NCBI GenBank assembly: GCA_017934475.1
Contig: JAGBJN010000007.1
Coordinates: 11,776-75,775 of the forward strand
Source of the DNA: Clostridia bacterium
GTDB taxonomy: Bacteria > Bacillota > Clostridia > TANB77 > CAG-508
DNA length: 64,000 nt
Reading direction: 5' to 3'
Part shown: one piece after another, positions 17,573-27,554 of the stretch
Numbering within the stretch: the first letter of the stretch is position 1
How the letters are laid out: the number at the start of each line of letters is the position of its first letter
The notes under the pieces: model-generated
Seen by the model: the letters and a program-made list of their open reading frames with translations, nothing else
What the model was told of the DNA's origin: nothing
Database searches by the model: none
Made by a program: the position numbers and the translations under genes

Positions 17573-17650
17573 AGGAGTGAATATAGATGGAGAAAGAACA
17601 AGAAAATAGTTATCACAAAATCAACCTTAACTGGTATCCAGGACATATGG
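17572..17650 (+). other. attR-like site: element-supplied rbgA RBS and N-terminus | TG | rbgA body
   Basis: AAGGAGTGAATATAG-ATG MEKEQENSYHKINLN-TG|GTATCCAGGACAT; same layout as the J1-J5 left arms. Confidence 0.75.
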
Positions 17651-18507
17651 CAAAAACTAAAAAACAAATAATAGAAGATTTGAAGTTAATAGATATAGTT
17701 GTAGAAATATTAGATGCAAGAATACCAAAGTCTAGTAGAAATCCTGATTTGGCTGTATGGACAAAAGGAAAGAAAAAGATAATAGTGTTAAATAAATATG
17801 ATTTAGCAGATGAGAAAGAAAATAAAAAATGGATTTCATATTTTCAAAAACAAGGGATGTCTGTTGTACTTACTAATTCTGTTTCAGGTGATGGAATAAA
17901 TAATGTAATAAAAGAAATAGAAAAAGTTGGTGAAGAAAATAAGACAAACTTTGCTCAAAAAGGTAGAACAGGTAGAGCATTAAGAGTAATGGTAACAGGA
18001 ATTCCTAATGTAGGTAAATCTTCTTTTATAAATAGAATAACAAAGAAAACATCAGCTGGTGTTGGAAATAAACCAGGCTTTACAAAACAAAAACAATGGA
18101 TAAGAGTTAATGAAAAGATAGATTTAATGGATACTCCAGGTATTTTATGGCCTAAATTAGAACCAGAAGAAGTTGCGATTAATTTAGCTATAACTGGTAC
18201 AATAAAAGACGAGATAATTGAAAAGATTGAGGTAGCATATTATTTACTAAAATATTTACTAGAAAATAATAGAGAAGAACTTTGCAACAGATATTCTTTA
18301 AAAATAGAAGATATTGATGAAATATTAAGTAATGAGAATCAAATGGAAAATGAAAATATAATGGAAGTATTATATTTAATAGGTAAAAAGAGAGGTGCTC
18401 TTGTATCAGGTGGACAAGTTGATGAAGACAAGGTTGCAAATCTTTTACTAGATGAATTTAGAAGCGGAAAACTTGGAAAAATAACTATTGAGAAAGTTGG
18501 AGATTAA
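17587..18507 (+). CDS. rbgA: ribosome biogenesis GTPase RbgA (YlqF)
   Basis: NWYPGHMAK, DARIP.SSRNP, NKYD, GIPNVGKSS, DTPG. Confidence 0.97.
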   Translation: MEKEQENSYHKINLNWYPGHMAKTKKQIIEDLKLIDIVVEILDARIPKSSRNPDLAVWTKGKKKIIVLNKYDLADEKENKKWISYFQKQGMSVVLTNSVSGDGINNVIKEIEKVGEENKTNFAQKGRTGRALRVMVTGIPNVGKSSFINRITKKTSAGVGNKPGFTKQKQWIRVNEKIDLMDTPGILWPKLEPEEVAINLAITGTIKDEIIEKIEVAYYLLKYLLENNREELCNRYSLKIEDIDEILSNENQMENENIMEVLYLIGKKRGALVSGGQVDEDKVANLLLDEFRSGKLGKITIEKVGD

Positions 18508-18914
18508 TGGAAGAATTAATAGAAAGAAAAAAGGATATATCAGAAGTAAAACTAATGCCACCTCTAGTATGGGCTTATGTTGGTGATAATGTATATGAAT
18601 TATTTATAAGAACATATCTTGTAAATAATTCAAAAATGAATCCACATAAACTACATGTAGAGGCTATTAAGTATGTTAAGGCACAAGCACAAGCAGAAAT
18701 ATTAGAAGAACTACAAGATTTTTTAACTGATGAAGAAAAAGATATAGTAAGAAGAGGAAGAAATGCTGAAAATCATCATCTTCCTAAAAATGCAAATATA
18801 GCAGATTATTCTCATGCAACAGCATTTGAAGCATTAATTGGTTATTTATATTTAACAAAACAAGATGAAAGATTAAAAGAAATATTTAATAAAATAAAGG
18901 AAATAAAAAAATAA
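18507..18914 (+). CDS. mrnC: Mini-ribonuclease III
   Basis: AYVGDNVYELFIR, YVKAQAQA, RRGRN, ATAFEALIGYLY. Confidence 0.93.
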   Translation: MEELIERKKDISEVKLMPPLVWAYVGDNVYELFIRTYLVNNSKMNPHKLHVEAIKYVKAQAQAEILEELQDFLTDEEKDIVRRGRNAENHHLPKNANIADYSHATAFEALIGYLYLTKQDERLKEIFNKIKEIKK

Positions 18915-18915
18915 A

Positions 18916-19668
18916 TTGGAAAGATATATTGATATATATAATAAAACAGAAAACTGCAATATAAAAGCAAAGATGTTCTATGATGATAAAAATAAAATTG
19001 AAAATGTCTTTGTTTTTTGTCATGGATTTTGTAGTGGAAAAGGAAGTAATTCAGTACAAGTAGTTGCAAATCGATTATTAGAATTAGGATATACATCTAT
19101 ATCCTTTGATTTCCCTGCACATATTGATAGTGAACAAAAGGAAGATAAACTAACAGTAAATGTTTGTGTTTCATACATTAATTCTGTTTTAGAATATATA
19201 AAAGAAACATATGGAAATAACGTAAAAATATCATTTTATGCAATAAGTTTTGGAGCATATATTTTAATGAATAAATTAATAGGGGATAATAATGAATATC
19301 AAAATATTATTTTAAGATCACCTGCATTTAATATGAAGGACATTTTAGTAAATTGTCTATTAAAAGACTCTTTTGAGAATTATAAAAATAATGGTATAGC
19401 AAAAGCTGGACATGAAGGAAAAATAGAAGTACCATATTCATTTTATGAAGATTTAATAAAGCATAATTTATATGAAATATATAAAGAAAAAAGAAAAATA
19501 TTAATTATACAAGGAAAACAAGATGATACTGCTTTAATTGAAGATACATATAGATTTATAAGTAATAGGAAAGAAATCGAATTAATTGAATTAGATGGTG
19601 TTAAACATCATATGAGTCCAGAAGAAATAAAAGAATCTGTTGAAATAATGATAAATAAATTAAAGTAA
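18916..19668 (+). CDS. alpha/beta hydrolase
   Basis: FCHGF, FDF.AH, AISFG, IIQG.QD, GVKH; TTG start. Confidence 0.75.
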   Translation: MERYIDIYNKTENCNIKAKMFYDDKNKIENVFVFCHGFCSGKGSNSVQVVANRLLELGYTSISFDFPAHIDSEQKEDKLTVNVCVSYINSVLEYIKETYGNNVKISFYAISFGAYILMNKLIGDNNEYQNIILRSPAFNMKDILVNCLLKDSFENYKNNGIAKAGHEGKIEVPYSFYEDLIKHNLYEIYKEKRKILIIQGKQDDTALIEDTYRFISNRKEIELIELDGVKHHMSPEEIKESVEIMINKLK

Positions 19669-19702
19669 AAAATATGTAAAAAATAGTGAGGTGTTACATA
19701 GT

Positions 19703-20818
19703 ATGGATAATAGAATAAATAAACTAGCTTCAAATTTATTAAAACATTCAGTAAAATTGCAAAAAGGTGAAAACATTTTAATAGAAATGTTAGGAACAGA
19801 TTGTTCAGATTTAGCTGATGAATTAATTAAACAAGCAAAAGAAATTGGAGCAAGCACAGAAATAACAATAACAGATTATAAAAAACTAAAAGAATTTTTA
19901 TTAGTTTGTAGTGAAGAAGAGTTAAAAGAATATGCTGAAACTGATTTAGAAAAGATGAAAAAAGCAGATGCATATATAGGAATTAGATCAGCTAATCCAA
20001 GAGAACTAGATGGTATACCTAAAGAAAAGATGGAAATGTATAATAAACTTTATCAAATGCCAGTACATTTTGAAGAAAGAGTAAAAAATACAAAATGGTG
20101 TATTTTAAGATATCCAAATGAGTGGCTAGCAAAACTTGCTAAAATGAGTTTAGAGGAATTTACTGATTATTTCTATAAAGTATGCACAGTTGATTATGAT
20201 AAAATGGAAAAGGCAATGGATCCTTTAAAAGAATTATTAAGCAATACAAAGAATGTACATATTATAGGACCTGGAACTGATTTAAGGTTTAGTGTTGAAG
20301 GAATACCTGCTGAAAAGTATTATGGAACATTTAATATTCCAGATGGAGAAGTAGCATCATGCCCAACCAAATACAGTGCTAATGGATATATAACATATAA
20401 TACTGAAACAGTATATAATGGGATTACATTTAATAATATTTATTTTGAATTAAAAGACGGGAAAATAATAAAAGCAGAAGCAGGTGAAAAAACAAATGAA
20501 CTAAATGAAATTCTAGATACTGATGAAGGTGCAAGATATATTGGAGAATTTGCATTTGGATTAAATCCATATGTAAAAAACACAATGGGAGATACTCTAT
20601 TTGATGAAAAAGTAGCAGGAAGTTTTCATTTTACACCCGGAACTGCACTAGAAGAAAGTGATAATGGTAATAGATCAAATATTCATTGGGATATAGTTTG
20701 TATACAAACTCCAGAATTTGGTGGAGGAGAAATATACTTTGATGATGTACTAATTAGAAAAGATGGAAGATTTATATTAGAAGAATTAAAAAAATTAAAT
20801 CCAGAAAATTTAATGTAA
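19703..20818 (+). CDS. M29 family aminopeptidase (AmpS-like)
   Basis: NIPDGEV, GEFAFG, TLFDEK..SFH, HWDIV. Confidence 0.9.
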   Translation: MDNRINKLASNLLKHSVKLQKGENILIEMLGTDCSDLADELIKQAKEIGASTEITITDYKKLKEFLLVCSEEELKEYAETDLEKMKKADAYIGIRSANPRELDGIPKEKMEMYNKLYQMPVHFEERVKNTKWCILRYPNEWLAKLAKMSLEEFTDYFYKVCTVDYDKMEKAMDPLKELLSNTKNVHIIGPGTDLRFSVEGIPAEKYYGTFNIPDGEVASCPTKYSANGYITYNTETVYNGITFNNIYFELKDGKIIKAEAGEKTNELNEILDTDEGARYIGEFAFGLNPYVKNTMGDTLFDEKVAGSFHFTPGTALEESDNGNRSNIHWDIVCIQTPEFGGGEIYFDDVLIRKDGRFILEELKKLNPENLM

Positions 20819-20849
20819 AAAAGAACTTTTCATAAGAAAAGTTCTTTTT
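20816..20849. terminator. bidirectional terminator, duplicated at 21845-21876
   Basis: AAAGAACTTTTC-ATAA-GAAAAGTTCTTT. Confidence 0.8.
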
Positions 20850-20857
20850 GTTAAGGG

Positions 20858-21700
20858 TTAACAATATTTATCTAATACTTTTGTACTCTCATCATTTTCT
20901 TTTTCTAATTGTTTCAGGCTTTTCTTTGGTGTAGGTAATTCTTCAGGCATAGTTCCTCCAAGTTTTTTAATAGTATTTCTAACAGCTTTTCCAACTTCAT
21001 GATGAGTAATGCAAGCTTTATTTTCTGTGTTTATTTTATCTCTTTTTAATTTAGATTCAGTTTGAGTTATACGGAATAGGTTAGCAGCTAATTCTTCGCT
21101 ACACATGTTGTCTAAAATATCTTCTCTATATCTTAGACCTTTTCTTTTTGCAATATCATCAGCAGTTTCTCCATTATATAATCCCTTATAACCTTCATTA
21201 TGAAACTTATCAAAGTTTTTAACACCTGCATTTCTTGCTGCAATATTTAGTGAATAATTACCTTTCTTTGTAAGATTTCTTTGATAGAATCGTTTTTCAT
21301 CTTCTGTAAGCATACTGTATTCTTTTTCTGTAAGTTCTTGCTTTCTAGTTTGTACTGCAAAATATGTTTGAGCTAGGGCAATTACTTTTTTTCTTGAATC
21401 ACCATTTTGAGCAATTAAGTAACATGCGTAACGAGTTAGTTTGTAATCTTTTATAATTTGTTCTCTACCTTTACCAGAAATTATTGGCTTGTCGGAGCCG
21501 ACAAAACAATCAAGTACATTTATACCACTGTTTTCACAAGCATCCATTGCTTTTGAAATTACACCTTCAAATTTTCTCCATTCAGAATATTGAAGTATCT
21601 TTTGTAATTCTCTTGCATACCAAAATTCTTTTCCTTCTTCATCTGTGTGTTTAATACTTTCAAAATCATTTGTGTAATTTGTTTCTAATTCTTTTTTCAT
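20858..21700 (-). CDS. dinD: DNA damage-inducible protein D family (BRO-N domain)
   Basis: FESIKH..EFWYAREL..LTRYACYLIAQNGDSRK..AQTYFAVQTR..GGTMPEELP. Confidence 0.88.
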   Translation of the reverse strand: MKKELETNYTNDFESIKHTDEEGKEFWYARELQKILQYSEWRKFEGVISKAMDACENSGINVLDCFVGSDKPIISGKGREQIIKDYKLTRYACYLIAQNGDSRKKVIALAQTYFAVQTRKQELTEKEYSMLTEDEKRFYQRNLTKKGNYSLNIAARNAGVKNFDKFHNEGYKGLYNGETADDIAKRKGLRYREDILDNMCSEELAANLFRITQTESKLKRDKINTENKACITHHEVGKAVRNTIKKLGGTMPEELPTPKKSLKQLEKENDESTKVLDKYC

Positions 21701-21844
21701 AAGAACCACTCCTTTATAATAGATTAGTTCTTACTACATTTATTGGTATATTATATATTACATTTATTATTACTTTTGAACTTATGTTTGTATTTTATCA
21801 TCTTGATATTTTATTGTCAAGTAAAACTTTACTATATATAAAAA

Positions 21845-21876
21845 TAAAAAAGAACTTTTCTTTTGAAAAGTTCTTT
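21845..21876. terminator. terminator downstream of tRNA-Glu
   Basis: AAAGAACTTTTC-TTTT-GAAAAGTTCTTT. Confidence 0.8.
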
Positions 21877-21880
21877 GAAT

Positions 21881-21955
21881 TGGTGACCCCTACGGGAATC
21901 GAACCCATGATTCAGCCTTGAGAGGGCTGCGTCTTAACCGCTTGACCAAGGGGCC
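21881..21955 (-). tRNA. tRNA-Glu (anticodon CTC)
   Basis: reverse complement GGCCCCTTGGTCAAGCGGTTAAGACGCAGCC-CTCTCAA-GGCTG..GGTTCGATTCC..ACCA forms a cloverleaf with encoded CCA. Confidence 0.95.
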
Positions 21956-22099
21956 ATATTTAATGCTTTTTAATAATAACATTTTTTTATTATTCTGTCA
22001 ATGATTATTATAGTAAAAAAATAAACAAATTTTGCCAAAACACTTGTATTTTAAAGAAAAAGTGTGTATAATATTACAAGTATACAAAATGAACTTAAG

Positions 22100-22125
22100 G
22101 AGAGCGGAAACAAATTCCGCTCTTA
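22100..22125 (+). promoter_or_regulatory. rimP leader hairpin
   Basis: GAGCGGAA-ACAAA-TTCCGCTCTT upstream of the rimP RBS. Confidence 0.5.
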
Positions 22126-22151
22126 TTCTATGTTTAAAGGAGGATGAATAT

Positions 22152-22604
22152 TTGGCAAGTATAGAAGATAGAGTTGAAGAATTAATTAAAAAGCCTATTG
22201 AAGATTTAGGATATTCACTTTATGACGTACAATATGCAAAAGAAGGAAAGGACTATTTTTTAAGAATATTCATAGATAATGAAAATGGAATTGACTTAAA
22301 TGATTGTGAAAAAGTATCTAATGGAATAAATGATTTATTAGATAGTGCAGATTATATTAAAGAACAATACTTTTTAGAAGTATCTTCACCAGGAGTTGAA
22401 AGAGTTCTTAGAAAAGATAATCACTTACAAGAGAATATTGGAAACGATGTAGAAATTAAATTATTTAAACCTTTAGATGGAAAAAAAGAATATATTGGAA
22501 CATTAAATAGTTTTGATGAATCAAATATATTTATTGAAGAAGACAGACTAATTACAATCGAAAGAAAAAATATATCATTAATAAAATTACATTACAATTG
22601 GTAA
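22152..22604 (+). CDS. rimP: ribosome maturation factor RimP
   Basis: LRIFID..IDLNDCEKVS..YFLEVSSPGVER; TTG start after AAGGAGG. Confidence 0.95.
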   Translation: MASIEDRVEELIKKPIEDLGYSLYDVQYAKEGKDYFLRIFIDNENGIDLNDCEKVSNGINDLLDSADYIKEQYFLEVSSPGVERVLRKDNHLQENIGNDVEIKLFKPLDGKKEYIGTLNSFDESNIFIEEDRLITIERKNISLIKLHYNW

Positions 22605-22629
22605 TAAATAAAAGGAGGAGTTTAGAAAA

Positions 22630-23772
22630 ATGAAGAAAAAAGTTACGAAACAAGGACCAGCAATCGATAGTACAGAATTAATACTTGCTATGGAGGAATT
22701 AGAAAAAGAAAGTGGAATTCAAAAAGAATACTTACTTGAATCTATAGAAACTGCACTAGTTACAGCATATAAGAAGAACTATGATTGTGAAGATGAAAAT
22801 GTAAAAATTACAATGGATAAAGATACTGGAGAAATCCATATTTATATGCAAAAAGAAATAGTAAAAGAAGTTGAAAATGATAAAACACAAATGTCATTAG
22901 AAGAAGCTAAAGCAATAGATAAGAAATACAAAGTTGGAGACGTATATGAAAAAGAATTAGTACCAAAGAACTTTGGTAGAATTGCAGCAGGAACAGCAAA
23001 ACAAGTTATTATCCAAAAAATTAGAGAAGCATCAAGAGAATACTTATACAATGAATTTAATGAAAGAAAAGGCGAAATAGTTTCTGGAATAGTTCAAAAA
23101 GCAGATGGTGGAGTAGTTGTAGTTGACTTAGGAAGATTAGAAGGAATAATGACAGTAAAAGAACAAATACCTACAGAAAAATATCACGTAAATGACAAAA
23201 TTAGAGCATGTGTTATAGATGTTGAAAAAGGATTAAAAGGAAGTACACAAGTAATGATTTCAAGAGCACATAATGATTTTGTAAGAAAATTATTTGAACT
23301 TGAAATACCAGAAATATATGAAGGTTTAATAGAAATTAAGAGTGTATCAAGAGATCCAGGAAATAGATGTAAAGTTGCAGTTTATTCACAAAATCCTAAC
23401 ATAGACCCAGTTGGTTCATGTGTAGGACAAAAAGGAATAAGAATTCAAAATATAATCAATGAATTAAATGGTGAAAAAATGGATGTTATTGAATGGAACG
23501 AAGATCCAGCAATATACATATCTGCAGCATTATTGCCAGCACAAGTTATGGCGGTTGATGTTAAAGACGAAGAACATTTTGCACAAGTAATTGTTCCAGA
23601 TGATCAATTATCTTTAGCAATTGGTAAATCAGGACAAAATGCAAGACTTGCAGCAAGATTAACAGGATGGAAAATAGATATTAAGAGTGAATCTCAATTC
23701 AGAGAAATGATTCAAGGTATGCAAAATGGAGAAGAGCCTGTAGAAGAAAAGGAAGAAGAAGTAGAAAAATAA
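22630..23772 (+). CDS. nusA: transcription factor NusA
   Basis: FGRIAA.TAKQVI, DPVGSCVG, LSLAIGKSGQNARLAA. Confidence 0.97.
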   Translation: MKKKVTKQGPAIDSTELILAMEELEKESGIQKEYLLESIETALVTAYKKNYDCEDENVKITMDKDTGEIHIYMQKEIVKEVENDKTQMSLEEAKAIDKKYKVGDVYEKELVPKNFGRIAAGTAKQVIIQKIREASREYLYNEFNERKGEIVSGIVQKADGGVVVVDLGRLEGIMTVKEQIPTEKYHVNDKIRACVIDVEKGLKGSTQVMISRAHNDFVRKLFELEIPEIYEGLIEIKSVSRDPGNRCKVAVYSQNPNIDPVGSCVGQKGIRIQNIINELNGEKMDVIEWNEDPAIYISAALLPAQVMAVDVKDEEHFAQVIVPDDQLSLAIGKSGQNARLAARLTGWKIDIKSESQFREMIQGMQNGEEPVEEKEEEVEK

Positions 23773-23781
23773 AATAAGGAC

Positions 23782-24042
23782 GTGAGGTTTTTGAAAAATA
23801 TACCACAGAGAACATGTATAGGTTGTAATGAGGTAAAAAATAAAAATGACTTAATCCGTATAGTAAAAGACAAAGAAGGAAATATTTTTGTAGATAAAAC
23901 AGGTAAAGCAAACGGAAGAGGTGCATATATATGTAATAATATAGAGTGCCTTGAGAAAATGATAAAAACAAAAAAATTAGAAAGAACATTTGAAGTAACT
24001 ATATCACCTGAAATTTACGAAAAATTAAGAGGTGAAATGTAG
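23782..24042 (+). CDS. ylxR: YlxR/RnpM family RNA-binding protein
   Basis: PQRTCIGC..LIRIV..GRGAYIC. Confidence 0.9.
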   Translation: MRFLKNIPQRTCIGCNEVKNKNDLIRIVKDKEGNIFVDKTGKANGRGAYICNNIECLEKMIKTKKLERTFEVTISPEIYEKLRGEM

Positions 24043-24365
24043 TGAATAATAAGATATATGGATTAATAGGACTAGCAAGACGTGCTGGAAAAATTAATTT
24101 TGGAACAGAAAGTTCGATAGAACTTGTAAAAAACAGAAAAGCAAAATTAGTTATTGTTGCAGAAGATGCAGCAGAAAGAACTAAGAAAAATTTTAAAATA
24201 GAATGTGAAAAAGAAAACATTCCATTTAGAATATATGGAACAATAGAAGAATTAAGCAATGCAGTTGGGCAAGACAATAAAGCTGTATATGCTATTAAAG
24301 ATGAAAATTTTGCAAAAGAATTAATAAAGAAAATTGATGGGGGTGAAATTATTGGGGAAGATTAA
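24042..24365 (+). CDS. ylxQ: L7Ae-family protein YlxQ
   Basis: [25 protein letters not shown]. Confidence 0.88.
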   Translation: MNNKIYGLIGLARRAGKINFGTESSIELVKNRKAKLVIVAEDAAERTKKNFKIECEKENIPFRIYGTIEELSNAVGQDNKAVYAIKDENFAKELIKKIDGGEIIGED

Positions 24366-27180
24366 AGTGCATGAACTTGCAAAAGAATTAGGCTTAACCA
24401 GTAAAGAATTAATTGCAAAAGCAGAGGCTTTGGGAATAGAAGCAAAAACTCATATGAGTAGTCTTGAAGATGAAGATGTAGAAAGAATAAGAAAAGAAAG
24501 TACATCTTCTAAATCAGTAGAGAAGAAAACTCAAGAGAAAGCAAAAGAAGAAAAGAAACCAGCTGCACCAGTAATAATTAGAAGAGAAGTAATTATTGAA
24601 GATGAAGCAGATAAACAAAGAGAAAAGGAACAAAAACAAGCAGAACAAAAAAATAAACACGTTGGTTTTGTAGAAAGAAATAAAAATGCAGATTACAATA
24701 TTGTATATCGTAATAAACCTACAAAACCAATGACTGTTAGTGAATTATTTGGAATTGGTAAAAAAGAAGAAACTAAAAAAGAAGAAGTTAAAAAACAAGA
24801 GGTTTCTGTTCAAAAAGTTGAAAAAACAGATGTTGAAAAACCAGTTACTGAAGAACCAAAGAAGGTTGAAACACCAGCTCCAGTACAAGAAAGAAATAAT
24901 ACACGTAATTTTGATAATAATAGAAATAATAATTTTAGAAATGATAACAGAAATGGTTTCCAAAATAGAAATAATTTTAATAGAGATGGACAAAATAATA
25001 GAGGAAACTTCCAAAACAGAGATAATCGTTTTAATAATCAAAATAGAAACAATAATAATGGTGGAAACTTTAATAGAGAAAGAAGACCACTTGATAATAA
25101 AGGCATTGATAAAAACATAAAAGATATAATGGCAATAGATGTTCCTGAAAAAGAAAATCAAAGAGACTTTAGCTCAAAAGCAATAGATAAAGCTAAAAAT
25201 GAAAGAAAAGAAGAAAAAAATCAAAAAGCAGCAAGAAATAACAAAAAAGGTTCAAGATTTAATGAAGACTTTGATGGTGGAAAATTAAAAGGATTAAAAC
25301 AAGTTGATAGATTATCAAATATGTTTGACGACCAAGAAGGTGGAATGCTTGATTACTACGATTTAAGTTCATCAAGGGGAAAGAAAAACAAGAAGAAAGT
25401 TAAAGAAGAAAGCAAACAAAAAATATTCCAATTAACTGAAATAACAATTCCAGAAACAATTACAGTAAAAGACTTAGCAGTTGAATTAAAGAAAACTGCT
25501 GCAGAAGTTATTAAAAAATTATTTGGATATGGAATAATGGCTACAATAAATAATGAAGTAGATTTCGATACAGCATATTTAGTAGCAGAAGAGTTTGGAG
25601 TAACAGCTAAAAAGAAAGTTGAAGTAAAAGAAGAAGATATTCTATTTGATGATTCTGAAGATAAAGAAGAAGAATTACAAGATAGACCACCAGTAGTTGT
25701 TGTTATGGGGCACGTTGACCATGGTAAAACTTCGCTTCTAGATGCAATTAGAGAAACTAATGTAATAGAAGGAGAAGCAGGTGGAATTACTCAAGCAATT
25801 GGTGCATATAAGGTTAAAGTAAATGATAGAGAAATAACTTTCTTAGATACACCAGGACACGAAGCATTTACTTCAATGAGAGCAAGAGGCGCTCAAATTA
25901 CAGATATAGCTATTCTTGTTGTTGCAGCTAATGATGGTGTTATGCCTCAAACAGTTGAAGCTATTAACCATGCAAAAGCAGCAAATGTTCCAATTATAGT
26001 TGCTGTAAATAAAATAGACTTACCTGAAGCTAATGTAGATAAAGTAAAACAAGAATTAATGAATTATGAATTAGTACCAGAAGAATGGGGTGGCCAAACA
26101 ATATTTGTTCCTATCTCTGCAAAAAAACGTATGAATATAAATGACTTATTAGAGATGGTATTATTACAAGCAGATGTTATGGAATTAAAAGCAAACCCTA
26201 ATAAACAAGCAAAAGGCACTGTTATTGAAGCTAGACTTGATAAAGCAAAAGGACCTATAGCATCAATGCTTGTACAAAGAGGAACATTAAATCTTGGAGA
26301 TACTATAGTTGTTGGATCATCAATTGGTAGAATAAGAGCAATGAAAGATGATAAAGGACAAAAAGTTAAGAAAGCAGGACCTTCTACACCAGTAGAAGTA
26401 ATGGGATTAACAGAAGTGCCAGAATCTGGAGAAACATTCTATGAAGTTAAAGATGAAAAAATGGCTAAACACTTAATAGAGAGAAGAAAACGTACACAAA
26501 GAGAAAAAACAATGAATGCAATGACTAAAGTTACATTAGATAACTTATTTAGTCAAATGGAACAAGGTAACTTAAAACAATTAAATATAATTGTTAAAGC
26601 TGATGTTCAAGGTTCAGCAGAAGCATTAAAACAATCACTTGAAAAATTATCTGATGATGAAGTTAAAGTAAGAGTAATACACAGTGCAGCAGGTGCTGTT
26701 ACAGAATCTGATGTAACACTTGCTAAAGTTGCAAATGCTATTATAATTGCATTTAACGTTCGTCCAGTTGCAACTGCAAAAACGGCAGCTGAAAAAGATG
26801 AAGTTGAAATTAAACAATATTCAGTAATTTACCAAGCAATTGATGATGTAAAAGCCGCAATGAAAGGTATGCTTGATCCCGTATATGAAGAAAAAGTTAT
26901 TGGAAATGTTGAAGTAAGACAAACATTCAAAGTATCAAATGTTGGTACAATTGCAGGTGCATATGTACTTGATGGAAAAATTGAGAGAAATGCAGGAGTT
27001 CGTGTACTTCGTGAAAATGTTGTTATACATGAAGGTAAGCTTGTTTCATTAAAACGTTTCAAAGATGATGTTAAAGAAGTAGCAAAAGGATATGAATGTG
27101 GTATGCAAATTGAAAACTACAATGACCTTAAAGAAGGAGACATTATTGAAGTTTATATTATGGAAGAAGTTAAACGTTAG
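24352..27180 (+). CDS. infB: translation initiation factor IF-2
   Basis: [33 protein letters not shown]; probable TTG start at 24352. Confidence 0.98.
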   Translation: MGKIKVHELAKELGLTSKELIAKAEALGIEAKTHMSSLEDEDVERIRKESTSSKSVEKKTQEKAKEEKKPAAPVIIRREVIIEDEADKQREKEQKQAEQKNKHVGFVERNKNADYNIVYRNKPTKPMTVSELFGIGKKEETKKEEVKKQEVSVQKVEKTDVEKPVTEEPKKVETPAPVQERNNTRNFDNNRNNNFRNDNRNGFQNRNNFNRDGQNNRGNFQNRDNRFNNQNRNNNNGGNFNRERRPLDNKGIDKNIKDIMAIDVPEKENQRDFSSKAIDKAKNERKEEKNQKAARNNKKGSRFNEDFDGGKLKGLKQVDRLSNMFDDQEGGMLDYYDLSSSRGKKNKKKVKEESKQKIFQLTEITIPETITVKDLAVELKKTAAEVIKKLFGYGIMATINNEVDFDTAYLVAEEFGVTAKKKVEVKEEDILFDDSEDKEEELQDRPPVVVVMGHVDHGKTSLLDAIRETNVIEGEAGGITQAIGAYKVKVNDREITFLDTPGHEAFTSMRARGAQITDIAILVVAANDGVMPQTVEAINHAKAANVPIIVAVNKIDLPEANVDKVKQELMNYELVPEEWGGQTIFVPISAKKRMNINDLLEMVLLQADVMELKANPNKQAKGTVIEARLDKAKGPIASMLVQRGTLNLGDTIVVGSSIGRIRAMKDDKGQKVKKAGPSTPVEVMGLTEVPESGETFYEVKDEKMAKHLIERRKRTQREKTMNAMTKVTLDNLFSQMEQGNLKQLNIIVKADVQGSAEALKQSLEKLSDDEVKVRVIHSAAGAVTESDVTLAKVANAIIIAFNVRPVATAKTAAEKDEVEIKQYSVIYQAIDDVKAAMKGMLDPVYEEKVIGNVEVRQTFKVSNVGTIAGAYVLDGKIERNAGVRVLRENVVIHEGKLVSLKRFKDDVKEVAKGYECGMQIENYNDLKEGDIIEVYIMEEVKR

Positions 27181-27192
27181 AAGGAGGGCATT

Positions 27193-27540
27193 ATGCCAAA
27201 GAACGAAAATAGATTAAACAGAATTAATGAAGAATTAAAAAAAGAAATAAGTCAAATTATTTCTTTTGAACTTAAAAATCCTGATGCAACAGGTTTAATT
27301 AGTGTTACAAAAGTAAAGATTACACCTGACCTAAAATATGCAAAAGTATATGTTAGTATGTTAAATAGCAAAAGTAATGAAAAAACACTTGAAGCACTAA
27401 AAAAATCAGCAGGATATATAAGAAGTGAGATAGCAAAAAGAGTTAATTTAAGAATAACACCAGAATTAGTTTTTGAAGAAGATGATTCTATGGAATATGG
27501 TGAAAAAATAGACAAAATATTAAAAGACCTAAATAAGTAA
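27193..27540 (+). CDS. rbfA: ribosome-binding factor A
   Basis: VKITPDLKYAKVYVS..LRITPELVFEED. Confidence 0.95.
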   Translation: MPKNENRLNRINEELKKEISQIISFELKNPDATGLISVTKVKITPDLKYAKVYVSMLNSKSNEKTLEALKKSAGYIRSEIAKRVNLRITPELVFEEDDSMEYGEKIDKILKDLNK

Positions 27541-27554
27541 TCGAAAGGAGAAAA

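Larger units (their letters stand above)
9146..17640 (+). mobile_element. serine-recombinase gene-cassette array inserted in the 5' end of rbgA
   Basis: five homologous junctions plus the restored rbgA start (TG 17632-33) delimit units of 967, 1193, 589, 1562 and 4118 bp; only the last unit has a recombinase. Confidence 0.8.

Noticed and set aside
24893-25080. Asn/Arg-rich quasi-repeats in infB
   Set aside because: Ordinary low-complexity IF-2 N-terminal linker.
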